Shown here in pieces: positions 58,336 through 64,000 of a DNA stretch of 64,000 nucleotides. Position 1 is the first letter of the stretch. The number at the start of each line of letters is the position of its first letter. The position numbers and the translations under genes are program-made. Below the pieces are notes generated by a model. The model did not search any database and was not told where the DNA came from. It was given only the letters and a program-made list of their open reading frames with translations. The stretch is from an uncultured Candidatus Binatia bacterium (GTDB taxonomy: Bacteria; Desulfobacterota; Binatia; Bin18), in the NCBI GenBank assembly GCA_965200965.1, contig OZ241744.1:3488001-3552000 (forward strand), given 5' to 3'.

Positions 58336-60360
58336 CTACGGCCCGTCCCCCTCAGCGGCCAGAAAACCGCGGATGTCGGCTTGGCTCAGCTCGGTCCAGC
58401 ATTCGGCCAGCAGCACCGCGGCCTGAACCGAGCTGCGTTCGCTCTCGCCAATGAGTTCCCGGCCCACCGGGTATGTGTGCGCCGGGCTGCGCAGGACCAG
58501 CCCGCGGCTGTTCAGCGACCAAGCCGCCCGCCCGAGCAGGACCGGGCCGGGAGGCGAAGCAAATGACGCGGCCAAGCCGGCCAGCAGCGGATCATCACCG
58601 TCAAGGATAAACCGACACCGGGGGCCGACCGTGTCGCGCAGGACCCGGATTTCGTCCTGGAGGGCGTCGAGCAGCTCGACATCGGCGCTATAGCTGGGGG
58701 TCAGGGTATTCACAATTGCAATATCGGGCCGCACGGTCCGCAGCAGGCGACGCATGTCGCCGCGCTGGCGGATCCCCAACTCCACCACCAGAACGTCCAG
58801 GGGCGTGGCCGAAAACAGCGCGCTCCAACTCGCCCGGCCCAGCGCGTGGAGGACCGACCAGACCGATTTGGGCGCAATCTCGATGTTGAGCACGGCCAGC
58901 GGCAGGCCGATCTCGGTATTATACGAGCGCGGGTTGGTCTGGACCCGGTAGCGAGCGGCCAGCAGCTCGGCCAGCAGACGCTTGGTGACAGTTTTGCCCC
59001 GACTGCCGGTAATAGCAATTATCAGCGGTTTTTTGCGACGCAGAAAGAGCCGGGCCAGCAGGTGCAGATAGGGGATGGCCAGACTGCGCAAGCAGGGAAC
59101 GGACCGCGGCGGAGGCGTCTGGGACCTTGACTTGGCGTGAGCCGGCCGACCCGTAGCGGACACCTGGGCCGGGCGGGCCGGATATGCGGTGGGCTGGAAA
59201 TAGCGGGTCAGGCGGGCAAACGCCCGCTCAATATCGGCCGGCTCACGGCCGCAGTTGATCCGCACATGCGCCTCCCCGCTCGGCCCAAAGGCCAGGCCCG
59301 GGACCAGGGCAACTTTTGCCTGTTCGAGCAGCTCGCGGGTGAGCCGCCGCGAGTCGTGTGCCCAGCGGACCGTGTCTTTGACCCGGGGAAAGACAAAATA
59401 CGAACCTTCGGGTTTTTGATAGTCAAAGACGTGCGACAAGCGATCGAGGTGTTCCAGGCTGAGGTCGCGCCGCTCTTTGAAGGTCCGGCGAAACCGGGCG
59501 ATGTGGTCGGACCCATATTTGAGGGCGGCAATGGCGGCATACTGCGAGACAACCGGGGCGCAGGTGACTAAGGCGTCGTGGACCTTCAAGATTTCTCGGG
59601 CGCAGAGGGCGGCGGTATGCAGGTAGCCGACCCGCCAGCCGGTCATGCCGTAGGCTTTGGAGAAGGTAAACACCCGCACTACCCGATGGCGGACGGCCGA
59701 CACCTGGGCCGGGCTGAAATACGGCTCCGGGCCGTAGACAAAATCTTTGTACGCCTCATCGATCAGCAGCAACAGATTGTGCCGCTCGGCCAGGGCGATC
59801 AGCGCCCGGGTCTGGGCCTCGGAAAAGACTGTGCCGGTCGGATTATTGGGGTTGCAGTACAGAATCAGGCGTGTGCGGGCCGATATACACGCCTCAAAGG
59901 CGTCGGGGTCAAAGGCAAAGTTGTGCTCTTCGTCCAGGGCGGCAAAGCGCGGGATACAGCCGGCCAGGCGGACTGCCTCCTGGTAGGAGGCATAGCTCGG
60001 CGAGGCCAGGATGACCTCGTCGCCGGGCTGGGTCAGGGCCAGCAGGCTGGCCGTAATAGCCTCTATTGAGCCGCACGAGACGATGATCTCGTTGTCCGGG
60101 TCATAGTGCATGCCCTCGCGCAGCAGGGACTCGGCAATCAACTCACGGAGCTGTGGCAGCCCCGGGGTCAGCGAGTATTTGGCGCAGGCACCCTCGGCTA
60201 TTTTCTGCTGAACAAAGTCTTTGATCGGCTCCGGTGTGTCAAAACTGGGAATCCCCTGGGCCAGCGACACCACGTTGGGAATCTGGCCGGCGGCCAACTC
60301 CATCTCCTTGATGGGCGATAGCTTGAGCCGGGTGGCGCGGGCGGATTTCCAGTGTTTCAC
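58336..60360 (-). CDS. Class I/II PLP aminotransferase fused to a MurF-like Mur-ligase central domain
   Basis: NPNNPTG, DEAY, FSKAYGMTGWRVG; then ITGSRGKT, SYNTEIGLPL, VVELG, RPDIAIV. GTG start at 60360 inferred. Confidence 0.85.
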   Translation of the reverse strand: MKHWKSARATRLKLSPIKEMELAAGQIPNVVSLAQGIPSFDTPEPIKDFVQQKIAEGACAKYSLTPGLPQLRELIAESLLREGMHYDPDNEIIVSCGSIEAITASLLALTQPGDEVILASPSYASYQEAVRLAGCIPRFAALDEEHNFAFDPDAFEACISARTRLILYCNPNNPTGTVFSEAQTRALIALAERHNLLLLIDEAYKDFVYGPEPYFSPAQVSAVRHRVVRVFTFSKAYGMTGWRVGYLHTAALCAREILKVHDALVTCAPVVSQYAAIAALKYGSDHIARFRRTFKERRDLSLEHLDRLSHVFDYQKPEGSYFVFPRVKDTVRWAHDSRRLTRELLEQAKVALVPGLAFGPSGEAHVRINCGREPADIERAFARLTRYFQPTAYPARPAQVSATGRPAHAKSRSQTPPPRSVPCLRSLAIPYLHLLARLFLRRKKPLIIAITGSRGKTVTKRLLAELLAARYRVQTNPRSYNTEIGLPLAVLNIEIAPKSVWSVLHALGRASWSALFSATPLDVLVVELGIRQRGDMRRLLRTVRPDIAIVNTLTPSYSADVELLDALQDEIRVLRDTVGPRCRFILDGDDPLLAGLAASFASPPGPVLLGRAAWSLNSRGLVLRSPAHTYPVGRELIGESERSSVQAAVLLAECWTELSQADIRGFLAAEGDGP

Positions 60361-60505
60361 CTTGGGTAGCGACTCCTCACCGGAACGGGGCACGCCGGCC
60401 AGCCTAGCGAGGCGAGCCGGGCTTTGCAATGTGAGGGCCTTGGGGGTATACCCGGCAGAGTGAATGATGTTCATTTTGGCCAGTTGCCAGACAGGAGAGC
60501 AGACT

Positions 60506-61210
60506 ATGGCAGAACGATTTTTTTCTGAGGATGAGCTGTGCGAGATGGGCAAACGCTCGGTCGATCGGCTGACCGAGGCGATTGAGGCCGGGGAGAGCGA
60601 GGCGGCCAAACGTATCGGTCAGCGGATGTATAAGGAGTTTCTGAGTATGCACGACCTGTACCGTAACTGGACGACGGCTATGCTGAGCGAGATCGGCCGC
60701 CGATTCGGGGATGAGGTGCTTGATGAGATCATGACCGCGGGGGTCAAAGCTTGGTGGCTGCCCAACCTGGACAAGATGCCCCAAGGGGCGGATAAGCTGT
60801 CCCAGCGGATTAAGATGTTCGTGGCCGGCCTGCGCGGCCATCTCCAGCCGATGGAGATCACAGAGGACGACGACAAGGTCGTCATTCAAATGCAGCCCTG
60901 CGGCAGCGGTGGACGGCTGGTTCTGGAAGGCAGATATGACGGGCCGGACGGCTTTCTGAAGGTTGAGAAACCCCAGCGAATGACCTATAACCGGGCCAAC
61001 TTCCCGGTCTACTGCGCCCACGAACCTCCGATGGAGTTGGTGGACATTGAGAAGAACGGCAAGCCGTTTGTAGTGGTTGAGCCGGCCGCGGTGTTGGGCA
61101 AGCAGCACTGCTCGTTCATTATCTACAAAGACGCGAGCAAGGTGCCGGCCAAATACTACGAACGGCTGGGTTTGCAGAAGCCGGAAACAGCCGAGGAGAA
61201 GGCCGATTGA
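60506..61210 (+). CDS. Conserved hypothetical protein with Cys/His motifs
   Basis: LRGH, PCGSGG, VYCAH, HC; AGGAG RBS. Confidence 0.8.
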   Translation: MAERFFSEDELCEMGKRSVDRLTEAIEAGESEAAKRIGQRMYKEFLSMHDLYRNWTTAMLSEIGRRFGDEVLDEIMTAGVKAWWLPNLDKMPQGADKLSQRIKMFVAGLRGHLQPMEITEDDDKVVIQMQPCGSGGRLVLEGRYDGPDGFLKVEKPQRMTYNRANFPVYCAHEPPMELVDIEKNGKPFVVVEPAAVLGKQHCSFIIYKDASKVPAKYYERLGLQKPETAEEKAD

Positions 61211-61272
61211 CGCACGGCAAGATGATGACTGAGGGAAGAGAGCATCGTTCATTGTGGAAAAAGGAACAGGCT

Positions 61273-61640
61273 ATGATGCAAGCGGGAGTGGGGCTGTCAA
61301 CCCACAAGGACACATCCGAGGCGGCGCGGGAGGCAAGCCAGACCGACCTCAGCCGGGCCGGGATTGATCGCGCGGACTTGGCCCTCGTCTTTGCCACAGC
61401 CGATCATGGAGCCGGCTACAGCCGGCTCTTGCGCACGGTGCAGACCTCCCCCAGACCCCCAATGTCTGGGCTGTGTATATTGCCCAGTATATCGGCGGTG
61501 TGCCGATTGTCGGGTTTTTCTCGGGGTGTGAGATTGCGCCCATCCAGCGGGTCGAATCTCTGCTCCAGTACACTACTGGCGTGCTTGTCCTGGCTGGTGA
61601 ACGCTCAGCGCCGTTCCACGAGGCGGGGAGCGACCTATGA
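61273..61640 (+). pseudogene. FIST-domain protein with a large internal deletion
   Basis: N-terminus AGVGLS...ADLALVFAT joined out of frame to C-terminus VPIVGFFSGCEIAP...YTTGVLVL. Confidence 0.75.
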
Positions 61641-61843
61641 GCAGAGACGAGTTCATTCAGAAAATTGCCAAGGGTATGGACCTGCCTGTTGCTTTGCTCA
61701 AACGGCTGACCGCGCCGCGCGCCCAGGGTGACACATAAGACAGCGGCTGTGGCTGTTGCGTATGCCGCGCATGGACGAAATTGAGGAGTTTCACCTTGAA
61801 GTGCGCTTTGCCTCCTCCGGCTGGCGCACCGCCCTGCGCTCGT

Positions 61844-63094
61844 TCATTGAGGACTAGGAAGGTGCGTCCCGTCTCGGCCGGTGCAGATCGCTTGGTTGTG
61901 CTTCAGGTATTCCAGCAGGGCTTCCGCAGCCCACTGATGGCCGGCAGGGTTCCAATGCGTGTCATGGGCCCAACGGGACTCCTGCCACACAATGCCCCGG
62001 CTGGCCAGGTAGTCATTCAGGTTGACGATGGGAATCTCCCGGTCCGTGGCCAGGGAAGTCACAAGCGTCCTCATCTGGCGATCCAACTGGATCTGGAGCA
62101 GGAGCAGCGCAAAATTATCATGGGCGGCGCGTTGCTTGAATTGATCCAAGGCGAAAGCTGTGAAGTCCACGGCGTCTTTGAAGGCAGACGGGGGGTCGTC
62201 CATAAAGAATTCGTCGGCCAATTCTACACTCCCTATATAGTCGTCGGCAGGTTGCCAGTCCCCGAATGCATCACGGTACTGGGGATACAGGTTCTTGAGC
62301 GCTTCTAGGCGAGCAAACACTCCCATGGCCCACAGGTTGTTATCGGGGGGAAGTAGCTGAAGGTCGTGGGCTAGGATATGCGAGGACCTGAATAGCGAGG
62401 ATATTTTTCCCATCAGAGTGTCTGCAGAAGGCTGAGATTTCCGGAGAGGCATCTTTTCCGGCTCATGGTAGGGTGGTATCAGCATGATCGTTCCGTTGAG
62501 GCTTCTTTTCGCATAGGAACGCGGCATCCTGTCCGGCCTCCAGCCCATTGCCGCTGCTGTCAGAAGGTTGGAATTGTCGACCAAATCGTTGTAGGTGACG
62601 GCCAGGACCACCAGCTTCGGACTCAGCCACCGCGCGTATGCGTCGTACAACCGCAGTTGAGCGACTTGCCCGGTGGCGTTCACCCCGAAGGCCGAGGTGG
62701 TTACATTCAGATGGGGCAACTCTCGGGCAGCGAGTTCTTCGAGCCGAACATGGGATTTGTCCGCAATGAACACTTCGTATGCCGCTACGAAGGAATCACC
62801 GATCAGGGAGATGTGGCAACTCCTGGCGGCTTGCTCAGGGCTGATGGGTTCACGGTCGAGAAAACCCAGGCTGTTGGTCCGAGATACAGTCCAGTAATCA
62901 AGTCTGTTCGTATAGTTCACCTCTGCGTTGGGTTCAAGACCAATGCCCACCCCCGGCCGGAAACGTATGGGCAGAAACGAGTCTGTGAACGGCATCGTCT
63001 GCCAGTGGTAGAGTTCTTTCGCAAGCAGAATCCCGCCCACGCCCACGATGATGAACATGGTGTTCCAGCCGATCACTCGCAACAGAAGGGCCAT
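61844..63094 (-). CDS. Membrane-anchored SGNH/GDSL-hydrolase-like protein
   Basis: N-terminal TM helix, TNSLGFLD, IGDSF, ND, DTHWN. Confidence 0.75.
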   Translation of the reverse strand: MALLLRVIGWNTMFIIVGVGGILLAKELYHWQTMPFTDSFLPIRFRPGVGIGLEPNAEVNYTNRLDYWTVSRTNSLGFLDREPISPEQAARSCHISLIGDSFVAAYEVFIADKSHVRLEELAARELPHLNVTTSAFGVNATGQVAQLRLYDAYARWLSPKLVVLAVTYNDLVDNSNLLTAAAMGWRPDRMPRSYAKRSLNGTIMLIPPYHEPEKMPLRKSQPSADTLMGKISSLFRSSHILAHDLQLLPPDNNLWAMGVFARLEALKNLYPQYRDAFGDWQPADDYIGSVELADEFFMDDPPSAFKDAVDFTAFALDQFKQRAAHDNFALLLLQIQLDRQMRTLVTSLATDREIPIVNLNDYLASRGIVWQESRWAHDTHWNPAGHQWAAEALLEYLKHNQAICTGRDGTHLPSPQ

Positions 63095-63125
63095 GTTCCC
63101 TTTTAGGCTGTGTATATTCAATTCT

Positions 63126-64000
63126 TCACCCAGTGCAGATCGTCGGGTTGTGCTCCAGGTATTCCAGCAGGGCTTCCGCAGCCCACTGATGGCCGTCGGG
63201 GTTCCAGTGCCTGTTATGGGGCCACCGGGCCCCCTGCGGCGCAATGCCCCGGCTGGTCAGGTAGTCATCCAGGCTGACGATGGGAATCTCCCGGTCCGTG
63301 GCCAGGGAAGTCACAAGCACATTCAGTCGGAAATCCGGCAGCTGGTCGGGCAACAGTATCAGCAGGGCAAACCCATCACGGGCGGCACGTTGCTTGAATT
63401 GATCCAAGGCGAAAGCTGTGAAGTCCACGGCGTCTTTGAAGACAGGCGGGGGGTCGTCCACAAAGAATTCGTCGGCCAATTCTGCACTCGACGAGTCACC
63501 GTCACGAGGTTGCCAGTCCCCGAATGTGTCACGGTACTGGGGATACACGCTCTTAAGCAGTTCCACTCGCCTACGATACTGTTGTTGATTTCCTGCGGGG
63601 CCGGAGGGCTCGGATTCGAGAGGCTCATAGTACTTGTCAAAGTTCCATTCTGGATGAGAAACGGGCGGTGTCAGCTTGATCGTTCCGTCTGGGCTTCTTT
63701 CCGCATAGAAATACGGCATCCTGTCCGGCCCCCAGCCCTTTAGCACTGCTGTCAGGAGCTTGGAATTGTCGACCAAATCGTCGCGAGAAAATTCCAGGAC
63801 TACCAGCTTCGGGGTCAGCCTGCGTGCGTATACATCGTAGAGCGCCAGTTGATTGATCTGCCCGGTGGCCCCTAGCCCGAAGGCCGATGTGGTCACATCC
63901 AGATTGGACAGTCGCTGAAGAGCGAGTTCTTCGAGCCGAACTTGGAGTTTGTCCGCAATGGGCACTGACGGTGCCTCCACATTGCTGCCGAGGATGGTGA
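63126..64000 (-). CDS. SGNH-like paralog of the downstream gene (5' end beyond the window)
   Basis: Long near-identical segments shared with 61844-63094 (VELADEFF..D.P..FKDAVDFTAFALDQFKQRAA, HWNP.GHQWAAEALLEYL). Confidence 0.75.
   Translation of the reverse strand, partial: TILGSNVEAPSVPIADKLQVRLEELALQRLSNLDVTTSAFGLGATGQINQLALYDVYARRLTPKLVVLEFSRDDLVDNSKLLTAVLKGWGPDRMPYFYAERSPDGTIKLTPPVSHPEWNFDKYYEPLESEPSGPAGNQQQYRRRVELLKSVYPQYRDTFGDWQPRDGDSSSAELADEFFVDDPPPVFKDAVDFTAFALDQFKQRAARDGFALLILLPDQLPDFRLNVLVTSLATDREIPIVSLDDYLTSRGIAPQGARWPHNRHWNPDGHQWAAEALLEYLEHNPTICTG

Overview
GC-rich bacterial chromosomal window. The gene content and protein families resemble Candidatus Binatia or Deltaproteobacteria-like host-associated bacteria, which is an inference. 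No rRNA, tRNA, transposase or canonical CRISPR array was seen. Contents: gltB (partial)/Lrp/ilvB; a block of catabolic enzymes (MaoC pair, Baeyer-Villiger monooxygenase, LLM oxidoreductase, CocE, amidohydrolase); a decaying defence islet (HicB and DinJ remnants plus a DNA methyltransferase-endonuclease fusion); two moeA genes; and a nitrogen-acquisition region. In that region the porin + cyanate ABC + cynS and the porin-PII-amtB-kinase genes are intact, urtA is orphaned, and ntrC-like, ureF and glnE are pseudogenes. It carries sigma-54 promoters and a shared 17-bp enhancer-like palindrome. The most striking locus is an ABC-dependent surface-glycan cluster: wzm, a tandem double-ATPase wzt, and a ~2190-aa protein. 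That protein joins a sulfotransferase-like domain through ~30 x 18-aa and 20 x 8-aa near-perfect helical repeats to WbsX-like, GT2 and GT4 domains, making it a candidate single-polypeptide cap-ruler-polymerase. A 37-bp repeat / 39-bp AT-rich spacer / 37-bp repeat at a gene start resembles an off-target CRISPR spacer integration. All calls come from motif recognition by eye; no database searches were run.
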